From Glaucostegus cemiculus (Eukaryota): a DNA stretch of 64,000 nt. The position numbers and the translations under genes were made by a program. Shown in pieces: positions 1 through 12,900 of this stretch. Numbering within the stretch: the stretch's first letter is position 1; every line of letters starts with the position of its first letter. The stretch is taken from NCBI GenBank assembly GCA_976551045.1, contig CDPCPM010000011.1, positions 5,580,001 to 5,644,000 of the forward strand, read 5' to 3'. The notes beneath the pieces are model-generated. The model was not told the DNA's origin. It saw only the letters and a list, made by a program, of their open reading frames with translations, and made no database searches.

Positions 1-1149
1 TGTAGCCATGGCTGCAATATATGCTGTGCAGTTACCCATCGCTGTCCTTGTTGAATTCCCAATGGAGTTCAGCTGTCAGTTTGTCTGTTGAGTCCTCCAT
101 CATTGTGGCAAACTGATGATAAAGTGATCAGTCTTCACTTGTGCTGATGGTATGATTTTCTTCATTTCACTGGCAATTGACATGAAAACCTATGTTGACA
201 TTTCTCCACTGTGTCCCCATAAATGATATAACAGAGGAACATTAACAAAGGTTTGCATGTCAATAGCCTGAAGAAGGAATTTAAAAAAATAAACATGGCT
301 TTAAATCTTTCACACAGAATGACTTCATCGATGAGAAACCTCAGCCACACTGTCTCTGAGGTGACCTTACCAGCACTACCTGGCGAAGAGTTTCATGACT
401 ATGAAAAGCATTATTAAAATACCATTGGTGATACTTGCTATCCAGCATTAATTGGGATTTAGCTTCTCTGCTACTCCCCCTGGAACATTACAACCTTCCA
501 CCACTGCAAATAGTAGGGAGGAATTAATTGCCTAAAATCATGTCATTAAAATATCCTAATGCCACACATCACAGCACTAATGTTATTTCGCAGGACTACA
601 AAAGTAATCAGATTCTGCCCCCTGATATCTAATTCATTTTTGAGCATGGCATTTCAGACAGTGTGACTGTTTTTCAAAATACAATGACTCTCAAAACAGT
701 AATTTCACTTTGTTAACTTCACCTCTATCATGAAAGGCTCCAAATTAAGAACATGCACAGGCCCTGTTTATTTTTAGATGTAAATAATTAATATATGGCT
801 TGTGTTTATATAATACCTTGAATGATACAGATCTTCTATTAGGCTCTGTTTGCACTAGAACTCAGAGTAGCACACAGCTCCAATTAAGCAATGTTAATGT
901 ACTTATCCAGGGTAAATCAACGGTTTCATTGGTATCCTGACTGGAACTGAGCTTCAATTAGGCTATGCTCTCAAAGGTGTACAGTGTAGGAATCTGATTC
1001 AATTATTCCTTGTTTACAATGACACCTAGAGCAATATAAAACTTTCAGTGATCTTATTGTACATGCCTAAAGTTACACAAATTCAGCTGGCCACTGTTTG
1101 CAGTGCTGCACAGCTCAATTAATAAGGTGCTCGGATATAGTACAGAAAA

Positions 1150-1795
1150 TGATGAGGACCTCCCTGTGCAGTTACATCCTTAGAAGCTCAGTATCACCAG
1201 GAAATGACCTCAAGATTGTGTTAGGGATGAGACCAACGTGCATCTCCTGCCGAAATGTCTCTGTGCACAAAAGTTCTGGAGAGAGCAATGTTGTTATTTA
1301 TCGTGGTTCATCCCCAACAGCTCAGGAACACAGCAGGCTGTGCACTGCTAGCTGCTACTATAGATCTATATTGAGAAAAACACTAATTGTTGCCTAAAAC
1401 CATCATCTCAGTGAACAAGGATCAGGAGTCTGCTGGTCTTCCTGCAGGAGGAACAATCTACAACTGAATGTTGCTGACCTTCACACACCAAGGACCAGAG
1501 CTACATGGTGCTGGATGCACTTGAGCAAGGGGCAACCCACACACAAGATCACTGGGCAGGCACTACCATGTCAAGTCACCCCAGCAAAATTCCTTTGTAC
1601 ATAAAGAGAAAGAGGAAGGAACAGTGAGTTGGATGAATGTTCAGCATAAGAAGTGAGATTGCTCAATATATGACTGTAATGACTAGTGTACAAACACATT
1701 CACTGTAAATATGTAAAATGTTACCTTTGTATGAATATTGTATGTACATATTTTATATGTTTCTGTTGCAGTAAATTATTTAATATTCCAAAAAA
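1150..1795 (+). mobile_element. Decayed 3' fragment of an L1-clade (Tx1-like) LINE with AT-rich 3' UTR
   Basis: Frameshifted translation gives VHLLPKCLCAQKFWREQCCYLSWFIPNSSGTQ and YMVLDALEQGATHTQDHWAGTTM. This resembles the post-RT zinc-knuckle C-terminus of fish/shark Tx1-like ORF2. A TGTA-rich tail follows. Confidence 0.7.
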
Positions 1796-4700
1796 GGCCC
1801 ATGAAATGTTGAATGAAAACCACACAATTATCGTGCATTTTAAACATTTCTGCACGATGTTTTAGAAATATTAATTCACAACTCTGTATAAGATTTAATG
1901 TTGGTTAGATCCGTTTTTTTTTGCTGAAAGCAGCCAATAGTTGGGGGATTAGGGATTAGGTTGAAGTGATGCAAGTTTGGTGTAAAATATCAGGCAAAGG
2001 CCAAGATTGTACTTACTGACATGGAAAAATTGTAGTCACCACTTCTGCAGTAATTCTACTGCAAGAACCAAAGGGTGAAGCATCAGAGGCACCTATTCTT
2101 TCACTCTCTCAGTGTACCTGACAGAGCACAGCTGATGAAAAAAACAGGTTATGTGATGAGAATGTTATTTGCTGCTCCTTGCAGATTTCACTACTTTTCT
2201 TTCCCAAGTAATTGATGGAAATTGTCTGAAATAGGATAAGAAAGGCCAAGAGGCAAGGAAACAAGCAAAGAATATTAAAAGCTAAATTTTAAATATTTAA
2301 CTCTATATTCCTTATTCCAACAATAAATGGCACACCAATCTATCAGTTGTGCACAGTTTCTCCAAAAGAGTAACCCCCTCTCTGCAGATTAGGTTTTATC
2401 TTCATAAAATCAGAGCACCATTCTAAATGTACATTTTTTGGATGCAGTCTGATGTCGTCAGTCACTGTAAATCATTTACACTGCAATGTAGTAAAGCTAT
2501 CAGGTAATGTTTTGTTTTACTTCTGGAGCACAATCACAGAAAATGTCAAATTCTACAAACTGCCAGCTTTTTTTTTAGTTCTCCACAGAAGCAAGATTGC
2601 GATTATAACCCAAATAATTTAAGAACGGACTTGACGTTGAAGGTTTACAATGAACCACTGTGGAAGTCCTGTACCACTGCGGCAGTTACATGGTAACATA
2701 TACCTTCACCAACATTCCCTGGATAGTTGAATGTTTTATTATTCAGCTTCCTAATAAAGAATTATGGAGAAACACCTTTAATAAGAGAAGGGTCAGAAAA
2801 TGAACTGTGCAACAATGAGAAGTGGTTATGGCAAATGTTGTAGAATTAACCTAAAGGGAAGAAAGTAATGGATGGTGAGAGATTGTGATTTTCAGCATCA
2901 AAACGGACTTAAACTGGCTGGGCCAGATGGTCAATTCCTGGAATATTAATATCATCAGCAGTTCATTAAGACAATTGGTTAACCAAAGGTTTTCATAAAA
3001 TAGTTGACATTTCCTCATCATTGTTAATCTTGAGGACCACCTCGTACTTTCTGAATAAATGAGTTCCAGGACACTTGATTCCCATGAGTAGGTACATATG
3101 TTCAGAGTGGATTTAAAAAAAAATACCAGGAAAAGCCACAGATGGGGAGCAGTGTGTGCCTGCAAATCAACACATGGCCTTCAACTGAAAAATGGTCAAA
3201 AAATAGTTCAGCATTCTAAATAAAAGAACAAAGAAGATTGCTTTGAACCACAAGACCAGAAAGGTAACTGCAGAAGATCCCCAGTAGATGGAAAAACAAA
3301 GGCTTAAAGTAATGTCTCCCAGCTGTTTAACCTGAATGAGTGGGTTGAACGACAGCTCAATGAGTTACTTCACTGTCTCTGGCAAAATTTTTTCCTACAT
3401 ATGTTTCATCTTCAAGAATACCTTAATCAGATTGATGGCATTTATTAATAGATCAGCACAACAGTACAAATGCTTATGCCATTCATTCTGTCATAATCTA
3501 ACTGTCTTGTCAATACACAACATTTATGTTACTCCTCATATTACCATGAAGCTCTGGTGATACATCAAAATACAAAACCTTTATCTCTTCACAGATGACG
3601 ATCTAGATATCAATAATGCACAGCAAAAAACATTAGACCATAACCAAGTCTAATGACAGCTATTGTTCCATACACCAGCATAGACACTGATGCAGTAAAT
3701 GATATTGAGCTGTCACAACATAAACACTTACATGGTATTTCCAGTGAACAGGAGAGGAAAAAGAAAGATTAGAGGGATCATAGACCAAGATGTCACGAGA
3801 AGAGCAAGAGGCTATTGAGACTAGTCTTCAAAGTGATCTGTAGCATTCGATGCCCCAGGTAGCATTTTAGATTAGAAGTTGGACTATTCAGAAAGCGCTC
3901 TTTCATTAAGCACCAATATTTGCATTGCAGATTGACTGGAGGACACGATATCAAATTCATGTATTATATACACAAATTGCAGAGCAAATTCAAAGTTTCT
4001 GAACTTAATTTGCCATGTCAAGCAAGACTGTGGCATGCAGCAAGTGGAAATATTATTCTCATGGTGCTCACTGGAGCCATATTATGGACATTTGCAGAAG
4101 AAAATTGTGTGTGGAATTCTCCAATGTTTGGCTTTTCATTGAACAGATTAAGGGTGTGCCCCTCTAATCTACCTTGTGAGTAGGATTGATTGATTAATGA
4201 TAGAGTGCTGTACAGACAATTGCAATCACACAGGAGACTCTCACCAAAAAACTGAGTGATCTTTGCATGAACCTCCGATGCTGTAGGTGAACCTTAATAT
4301 TATAAAGCCTGTTACAAGTCACAGCCATAGCTGATGTTGTTTCTTTCTTTCAATTAGAGAATCAATGTTAAGGAGCATATAGCACACCAGAAAGAGTGTG
4401 CAATTTATAATTCCAGTGGTGTAGATAATAGAACCATTCAAAATGCTTCTTTAAATTTGCAGGTGGCTAAAGTTAATTGAGTTTGACCCTCATTAATAGA
4501 CTAATTTTCAGGTTTTAATACACTGACATAAAATACATACAATAAACCAAAGTCAATATTTGCAAACGGCATTAATAATTTCCAAAGTAGCTTTGAGTAC
4601 AACTTGCCAAAAAAAATGGTAATTTAGCATTTGGGGCACCACATCATCTACTCCTACCACCAGATTCTGTACCTCCATTCTGAAAAGGGCAGTGAAATTA

Positions 4701-5419
4701 ATCAGAAGGCTACTGAAGCATTTTCTGAAATTTAATGCCTAATGCAACATCAGAGCATAGAAAATGCAGATTTGATGGTCAATATTTGATTGATGCTATA
4801 GCAGTGGAGCTGGGCCAGCACCATTTCTAATCAGACAGTAAAGCTCACAAGTCTAAGTTCAAATTAGTTACCCCCTAGCCTTCATTAGTCTGCTATCCAC
4901 ACCATACATTATTTCTCTGACACCGTCATAGAAACCACCAATTAACAATGTAAAGAAACCAGAAAGTAGGGCAGACACAAATGATTTTATCAGATAACAG
5001 CTGACTGGTGCAAAATTGCAATCAACAACACTTGCTTTCCGGCTGCAGAGTTTCAGGTAATGCCTAAGCCATGGGTGCACATTTGTGGGTTGCAACTCAG
5101 CAGGTGAAATATTGATAAGACTGCTGCCATGAAATCACCTGGGTAGCTCAGTAAAAAAAAACTTGAGAGTTCTGCATTTGAGCAGAATCCCAAACTTGTC
5201 GCTCACGTGCAGAGAAATGCAACAGCTCCATGCAGAACAGCAAGTGAAACCCAGCAACATCTGGGATAATGTCAATCAACATGGAACATAGATGTGACAC
5301 TGATGCTGCCATGTTGGAGGTCATTGCTCCAGCCAAAATGTCCTCTTAATGCTCCAAGTGCATTTGATAGCAGGAACGGCACCACATAATTAGATTTCAA
5401 TGGTACAGGTCGGTTACTG

Positions 5420-5902
5420 GTTCAGAAGAGGTTGACCAGGATGCTACCTGGATTTGGTGGCAGGTGCTGTAAGGAGAGGTTGAACAAATGAGGGCTGTCT
5501 TCTATGAAGCAGTACAGGCTGAGGGGAGACTTTATAGAAGTTTATAAAATTATGAGAGGCATAGATTGAGTAGGCAGCCGGTATCTTTTTCCCAGGGTCA
5601 AAATGTCTAATAATAGAGGGTATGCATTTAAGGTAAGAGGGGGAAAGTGGGTTAAGTTTGTTTTTATAAACAAAGAGTGGTGAGTGCCTAGAATGCGCTG
5701 CCAGGGGTGGTGATGGAGGCAGATATGATAGAGGCATTTAAGAGGCTCTTAGGTAGGCACATGAACATGGAGAGAATAAAGGGATATGGACCATGTGCAG
5801 GAAGAAGCAATCAGTGCAATTGGGCATCTTTAGCTTTATTCGTTCAGCACAACATCATGGGTTGAAGGACCTGTTCCTGTGCTGTACTGTTCTATGTTCT
5901 AT
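5420..5902 (+). mobile_element. CR1 LINE 3' fragment
   Basis: Translates as QKRLTRMLPG...RLRGDFIEVYKIMRGID, the CR1 ORF2 C-terminus. It ends in the tail repeat GTTCTATGTTCTATG. Confidence 0.92.
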
Positions 5903-6014
5903 GGTTGACTACTTATTTTTCTACAAGAGCTTAATGTTTTGTAGTTGTTCAAAATTGCAGATGTCTCTGCAGGAATACTGATTTTATTTTTGCTAATTAA
6001 ATGCAAGCTTCTGC

Positions 6015-6112
6015 AGTGGAGAGGGACCATCAGGATTGCTCTTACAAAGAGCCAGCATGGATTTGATGGGCTGAATTGCCTCCATCCACGCTGTAGTTAC
6101 TCTGTAATTCTG
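6015..6112 (+). mobile_element. CR1-type 3' tail (CR1 or CR1-mobilised SINE)
   Basis: GAGCCAGCATGGATTTGATGGGCTGAATTGCCTCC...CTGTAGTTACTCTGTAATTCTG matches the CR1 3' stem-loop and tail pattern. Confidence 0.65.
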
Positions 6113-6639
6113 CGTGGTTGATGCAATGTTAGCATCTGATCTGTGATCCGAGTGTGAAAGTCCAACGATGGTGTGCATTTATCATCACTGCCCTCCTGCA
6201 ATTCTGCCCGCAGTGGAAAAGCATTGGGTCTGAGCTTACTCCACTTGCTGCTTGTAAATCAGGAGAAGATGGGAAGCAGGGAGATAGGTTACATATGAGG
6301 ATGCAGTCATCTTTGATGATTTCAGCAATGGCTGTCCCAATGAAGGCTGGTTTAACTCTTTCTGCCTCAGGTCATACAGCACTGAGACCTGCCTGAGAGC
6401 TGGAAGTGTGTCAGTATGAATCTTCCCAATTTATTTGAGCGTCGTGCCTTCCAAAGTTGAATAACTGTCAGCGTGAGTAAGCAGTGGATGACAGTGTGAA
6501 GCTTGCTGCTATGCTGAGCATATGAGAGTGGGGTGGAGCAAATGAATGTTATGTACGAGTCCAGATGATGGGAATGTGGTGAGTTGAACAATGCCTGAAG
6601 GGAACGATACAGCCAGTTAGGTATAACATGTGAACTCTG

Positions 6640-6860
6640 ACCAAGTGCAAGGTCAGATCTAGGTTCTTAGCCTTGAAACCAGTGCCAGGAGCCTATCTAT
6701 TCTCACTGCCTTTTGAGCATTTGTCTGGGAGAAATCCTGCCACCCACTCTGTCTCCCTCCTCTCTTGGAGACAGGATATCTCTCCCACTTTGCACCTTAT
6801 CCTCCAGGGCTACAAATACAGTATCGTTGGAACCTGCATTCACCCACGCTGAGCCATTCT
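6640..6860 (-). mobile_element. Possible decayed Myb/SANT-like ORF of a PIF/Harbinger DNA transposon
   Basis: The minus-strand peptide SNDTVFVALEDKVQSGRDILSP...SPRQMLKRQ*E resembles the FSD..LE.LV..V..RRD.LF..R......W pattern of Harbinger-associated Myb/SANT proteins. Judged by eye only. Confidence 0.35.
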
Positions 6861-7952
6861 TCAGTTCACTTCCTCCATTATTGCCAGTACATGTTCCAGC
6901 CACAATGCACCAATACATTAAGAGGTGCAACTGACTACTCAGTATTGCCCCCCTGCTGATGCACTTGGCGTATTATGCATTGGCCAGAGGCCGAAGTCAC
7001 TGAAATAACAAGCTACCGCATCGTGTGATCATGCTTCTGCAACAAAGAAATCACAGAGAAGCTCGCATTTAGCATAAAAAAAAGGCACAACACTCAAACA
7101 GTCATGCCTCACGGCTGCTATCCCATTTTTGAGGTCCTGGAATTTAGCCTTCCAAGCTTCATCCATATACTGACCATAAAAGATAGGACATGATTAGAAT
7201 CAACCCAAGGATTCTAGGATGTCCTTATTCCTCTCTGCTGCAATGGTCAACTTTGGACCTGCAGGATAAAATCCACGTGTTATAATCTCCCCCAGTGAGA
7301 CATACAATCAATTCAGATACATTTCTAAATGCCTATGGACAAAAAAACCTCATCAAAATAATCTGGACTGTCAGGTAATTTTGTCTCTCGGCCCACCTAG
7401 TTTCACTCCATTGTTTCACAGCACCTTTTCCTGCTGCTCTCAGCGAATTTCTTGACTCACCTCAAGGCACCTTAATTTTCCAGCCAATTATCTCAGCAGG
7501 GTTGGTCCTTTAGGACCTGTGTGATACATATCCTACTTGATAAATATCTGTATATTCAGGATCCATCTCAAGCAATTTCCTGCCAGTCCAGCATATGATA
7601 TCCATTTTTGTATTTTGTAAATTATTCAAAATGCAAAAATAAACAAGGTATCTGCTTAGATGCACCATTTTCAGCTCAAGCACATGATATTATAAGGGAC
7701 AGGAACTTTCAGTGTATAGGATATCTGGTTAGATTTATTCATCAGATAAATTTCTTCATTTAATAAAGCTCATCTCACACATGCAGCTTTTCTCTTTAAG
7801 TGAGGAAAATAGCTAAGCATGCCCAAAATGAATCCTAATACCTATTGATAATAGGAAAATTGTAATGTCAGCTGGTTTTGTTTCAAGTGCCTATTTATGG
7901 GTCTTGTTAAATAATCTTTTGAAGCAGCTAACATAGGGAGAGAAATAGGGAG

Positions 7953-8112
7953 NNNNNNNNNNNNNNNNNNNNNNNNNNNNNNNNNNNNNNNNNNNNNNNN
8001 NNNNNNNNNNNNNNNNNNNNNNNNNNNNNNNNNNNNNNNNNNNNNNNNNNNNNNNNNNNNNNNNNNNNNNNNNNNNNNNNNNNNNNNNNNNNNNNNNNNN
8101 NNNNNNNNNNNN
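7953..8112. other. Assembly gap (160 N)
   Basis: A run of N, flanked by GA-rich and TA-rich low-complexity sequence. Confidence 0.99.
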
Positions 8113-8159
8113 TATATAGTATCTTTAACAGCCTCAGTTCAACCCAAAACACTTAAGAG

Positions 8160-8750
8160 TGAAGCACTCTTGTAGCCGCTGTTGTAAGCTGGGAAACACT
8201 GTAGCCAAACTGTAAATTCAGAGAAACAATAATTAAATAAAGAACATTAGGGGGCAAATACTGGGACCACACCAGCAACCAGCTATTCTTTTTTGAATCA
8301 GGACCACTGGATCTTCTTGGCAATGGTCTTTGATTTAACATCTCATTCCAAGATGGCACTGGAGCGTGGCGACTCTTTGCAAGCTGGCTTCAGCAGATCC
8401 ACTCATTACATTTATTATAATTGTTCTACACTTCTAAGTCTCAATTCTAAGACTGTAAGTATTACTCCATAGCTGCAACACTATATTCTGCATTCAATTT
8501 TTCTTCTTGCTACCTCAATGTAATTATCTATGGAATAATCTGTCTGGTTGGCATGCAAAACAAAAGCTTTTCACTGTATCTCAGTATATAAGAGAATAAT
8601 AAATCAATACCAATATCATTCACCTGTGGTTATGCAGAACTCCCTCTGTACTATGCTGGAGTATCAAGTCTAAGATTTGGTGCTCAACTTCATGATGGGA
8701 GGAGACCTGAACCATAAACTTCTGATTCAGAGACAGGAGCAACAACACTT
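8160..8750 (-). mobile_element. Deu-domain SINE (SacSINE1/AmnSINE1-like), interrupted at about 8362-8630
   Basis: GCTGTTGTAAGCTGGGAAACACTGTAGCCAA...TTTAACATCTCATTCCAAGATGGCAC resumes after an insertion as CTCCCTCTGTACTATGCTGGAGTATC...CCTGAACCATAAACTTCTGATTCAGAG, the reverse-complement tRNA head. It is colinear with the copy at 60588-61167. Confidence 0.7.
8465..8615 (+). mobile_element. Rex1/Babar-type LINE 3' UTR fragment inserted in the Deu-SINE
   Basis: CTGCAACACTATATTCTGCA...CAAAACAAAAGCTTTTCACTGTATCTCAGTA...AATAATAAATCAATACCAAT has the same tail architecture as the other Rex1 copies here. Confidence 0.55.
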
Positions 8751-8903
8751 AAAAGGCACTTGAACAGGTACATGAATACAAAAGATTTAAAGGAATATGG
8801 GCCAAATGCAGGAAAATGGGACTAGCTTAGATGGCCGGCTAGGTTGCCATGGACTGGTTGGGCTGAAGGGCCTGTTTCCTTGCTGTATGACTCTTTGACT
8901 CTA
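8748..8903 (+). mobile_element. CR1 LINE 3' end
   Basis: Encodes KRHLNRYMN...GYGP-like C-terminus, then GGGCTGAAGGGCCTGTTTCC and a TGACTCT tail repeat. Confidence 0.88.
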
Positions 8904-9139
8904 GGTAATCACTAACTAAACTATAGTTGAGTGTTGGTAATAATGTAAATGGATTTGAGAGAACAGTGCATTTGAACATTGTCCGTGATGCCTGTGTGAT
9001 ATGGCGATGGATGCACATTGTACTCCAGAGTCAAAGGAATGAATTTTGGGAGCATTGTATAGTGTGTATATGGTATTATATTTCACAATTATCACTAGCA
9101 TTGAAGAATGTATTTTTCCCACAGTGTTTCAATGTTATA

Positions 9140-9398
9140 TTAAATTTTTTTTTAATTTAAATTTTATTTACATCGTGGTAACAGGCCCTTCCGGCCCAAC
9201 AAGTTCACGCCGCACATTTTAAACCCAAATTAACCTACCTGTACATCTTTGAAATATGGGAGGAAACTGGAGCACCCAGAGGAAACCAACGCAGACACAA
9301 GAGAATCTACAAACTCCTTACAGACAGAGATGGGAATCGAACCCCGATCACTGGCGCTGTAATAGCATCGCACTAACTGCTACGCTACCATGCCGCCC
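9140..9398 (-). mobile_element. tRNA-derived V-SINE (HE1/HER1-related), near full length
   Basis: The reverse complement shows an A box (TAGCGTAGCAGTTAG), a B box (GGTTCGATTCCC), a V-domain (GGTTTCCTCTGGGTGCTCCAGTTTCCTCCCA), a CR1-like tail (GGGCCGGAAGGGCCTGTTAC) and an AT-rich end. It is highly similar to 18860-19140. Confidence 0.92.
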
Positions 9399-9457
9399 AC
9401 ATAGACAACAGAACTAAGCTCCTCTCACTCTAATTTACAAAAGAAAAATGTTCCCAA

Positions 9458-9948
9458 AGGCTGCAGAGAGTAGTGGTTACAGCCTGGCCCATCACAGACA
9501 CAGCCCTCCCCACTATTGAAAGCATCTAGAGCGCAATCTTCTTAGAGCTGCCTCAAGAGGGTGTCATCTATCATCAAGGATCCCCACCATCCAGGTCATG
9601 CCTTCTTCCTGCTGGTACCATCAGGCAGCAGTTACAGAAGCCTGAAGTCCCACACCACCAGATTCAGGAATAGCTACTTTCCTACTGTCATCAGATTCTT
9701 GAACTGACCTGCACAACCCTAACCCTACTTCAGTGCAACACTACAGATAACCTCCTGCACTACCATGTCTCTGATTGTGTTTTTTCACTGATGTCTTGTT
9801 TTGTACAGTCTTTTTCTTCACTGTTTTGTATAATTTATGTCTGTGTGTTGTCCAAATCAATGTGCCTTTGACGGCATTGCAAACAAGATTTTTGGTGTAC
9901 CTGTACCTCACTGTACTGTGTATATAAAACAATAAACACAACTCGACA
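9458..9948 (+). mobile_element. Rex1/Babar LINE 3' fragment
   Basis: Translates as LQRVVVTAWPITDTALPTIESI...SIIKDPHHPGHAFFLLVPSGSSYRSLKSHTTRFRNSYFPTVIRFLN*. A T-rich UTR with AATAAA follows. Confidence 0.9.
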
Positions 9949-12900
9949 AACTTCTAAAATGGAAAACAAAACAAAAATAACATACAATGGTAGAAGGATT
10001 ATAAGTTTATATCCAGTGGGACAACAATATGTGGCCCCACCCAGCAGTGTTCTAACTGGGTTTCCAAGGCATTGTCCCTGTATTTTCCACAGGGACTGCG
10101 GACTCAGTGTTACACCTGTCGCAGAATCCAACCATGGGTGACCTGTCTCAGATACTGGATTAGAAACACTTCTCCCCTCAAAAAGGTTATTTCAAGGTGC
10201 AGACCTGACTTGAACAGTTTGTATCAGTACTATTGAACAAGCAATAAAAGGTTAGAATATGCTGGTCAGGAGAATGCTGTTTGGAGCTTATTGTGTTCAT
10301 AGTTTTGAAATACAGTCAAAGTCGACAAAAATTGGACACCACAACTTTCAAATCAGTGGAAGGTGGCACTGTAAATAAAAATACAATCTAAAAAGACTGA
10401 CACTTCCATTTTTCAACCTTGCCTGGTAAAGGTTAATTATTTCTAACGTGGTGAGTGATGGCAAAGGATCGCAGCAGCCTTATATCAATCTGGCACAGGC
10501 TGGTACTGCTAAGAGGTTTCAGTGTAGTGCATTATGATCACAAGTCTACAGAAAAATCAATTTTTAATTGAGTGTATTATTTGAGAGGCCCAAGCTGTCC
10601 ATCATATCCTGCTAATGGAATTTCCATCCGTCTCTACTGCTGACACAAGCAGGATTCCACCTCATCTACCACCCGCGTTTAATCACCCGGCTCACACTTT
10701 ACTGAAAAGGAAATTAACTCTTTAGGCACACTTGTGTAAGGAAACCTGCAAGCGACAAATATCTACTATCTGCAACCATCTGGTACTGTCTGGTACATCT
10801 GGATGTGACGCAGTTGGGTAATTTATATGCTTCTGGCTCCACCTACAACAAACTTAGATACATTTTCATTCTTCCACCTCTCTCCAATCCAAGATGGCAT
10901 ATATAATCTGGTCTCTATAAGCTAATCAATTTTATATTGCTTGCACTATAAGGAATATAAACTACAAAATTTGATGATTTTCACACGTTATAGATTCAGC
11001 TTACTTGCTGTAAGTTTTCCACTTCATTCACCTATGGTGGATTAGTTTTGGTACATACAGACATGAATAAATGGGAAATTTAAACATTTGCTTTTTCAGG
11101 TGACTGATCCCCAAACTGAGGATTAAAATCTCATTATGCTATAATGGCTCCCTACCCCAGAAACTCTATTTTAATGACAAGCTATTCCTACTTTTCCAAA
11201 TGTCTTGACTTCTAATTTTAATATAATATTTCAAGATAGTCCAGACAGTGGAGAAGAATAAAAGAAGAAACAAGATTAAATGTTTTGAGAGGCAGAGATT
11301 TTCAGTCAGAAATCAAGGGAGGTGTCACTCTCAGATTTTTGTCCACATGTTGCCAAATCTTGCTCAGGAAAACCAATTTCTAGCATAGCTCAGCAGAGTC
11401 TAGTCCAACACATTGCATTTGTTTTTGAAGTACATGACTTTTCACTTCAAGCTTACTCAGTTGTGAAACAAAACCCACTCTCTTATTGTCCTTCAAAGTT
11501 ACTACAAAAGAAACTAATTCTTCTGGTTGGCCAGCTTGGAGTTCAATGTGTATGGAAAGCAATATTAATAGCCAGGAATTCCCAACAAAACCTCTGAGAA
11601 ATCCACTGAAGTAATTTCCATTTGCTTCATACAGAGCAAAGGCTTTCCGTCCCATTTTCCGAAATTCAAAGGGGGCGGTTACTCAGAACAAAGCTCATGG
11701 TCTATAAGTGCAGTATGGAATTTGATCAGTTTAAGCACCATATAACACCACCACTTAGGAATTACTATCTAGAGTCACCTTACCTGTGATGGCATTGGTT
11801 TACTGAACCCTAATCCCTAGTAACAGGCTTAACTCTGTGGATCCTCTGGATCCTGTCAAAGTCTGGCCAATGATCAACAGTCTACGAGAATACTGCAGAC
11901 TTATTCAGTACAAATATCTGCCATTAGGATAGTTTAGTTCTAATCTCCCAATCTATACCACACTGGCATTGTCTTTTCTGCCTGCCATGGAGGAAAGTTA
12001 CTGTTGAATCCCTCAACTTACCCTTTCTGAGCAGGTGATGAATAGTGCAAGTCACCATAAAATGTGAATACACAATCACCATCTTGCTGTTTGCACCATG
12101 TCACACATTACATCTGACAGCTTGTTCCAACAATCCATAAGGCAACCTCTCACTGCAACAAACTGTCTCTAGAAAAATCACTCAAATACTGGTTGTCAAT
12201 TCTGGTCTCCTGTTAACTGCAGGTAAATAGTTTAGAACAAACTTGATAACAATATTAATAATACATGGCAATATTAATAAAACAATATAGAAATTGCTTA
12301 TTTCAGGCTACCCTTTTGTAGGCACTGCCGTACAATGTACAGCAGTTCAAGCGTTTCCTCATTGCTGTTTCCCTTCTGCTCCAGTAACTTCATCAGAAGT
12401 ATGGCAGAAACCCCATTAAGAAAAAGTAAGCTACCGATTAATTATGCCTCTATTAATTAAGTTTCTTTTAGGTTTCATAAACTTATTTACAAATCAATAT
12501 ACTCTAACAGTTGCAGGACCTTCAGGGAGTGTGCAAGTGATTTAGATTTTATTCTCCGTCGTCACTTTACTATATTTGTTGACTTATTGATATGTTACTT
12601 CGGTAGCTGCATGTTAACAAAAAAAAATCTTTGTTGCTGGCATAGCAATGTTTTCCATTAGGTGGTTGACAACCTCTTTTAAGAATTGAGGCACTGACTC
12701 AATATTTGCGGAATGGTCCTTGAGAGAGCATCAACAGTTTTTGATGGTTCCTTAAAGGGACAGGTTTTTAAGCAACAGGCAGCTTGGGATAATTTAGAAC
12801 ACAGACATACAAGCTTTGCATTCCTTCTGCAATGCACTATTGATTTTAAATAGCTAATGTTTGTGCCATTTTTCAGATTAAAATATATCAATAGTCAATT

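Noticed and set aside
1944-1962. Interstitial telomeric repeat (GGGATTAGGGATTAGG; similar at about 9716 and 11807)
   Set aside because: Only two imperfect units, which is expected by chance.
6944-6960. CTCF-like motif on the minus strand (TCAGCAGGGGGGC)
   Set aside because: An extra G shifts the conserved C, and the site borders a probable transposon relic.
7928-8152. ORF spanning the N run
   Set aside because: An artefact of the assembly gap.
11780-11860. Minus-strand exon ending at donor CAG|GTAAGG
   Set aside because: All three frames from the nearest plausible acceptor contain stops, and the acceptor is weak.
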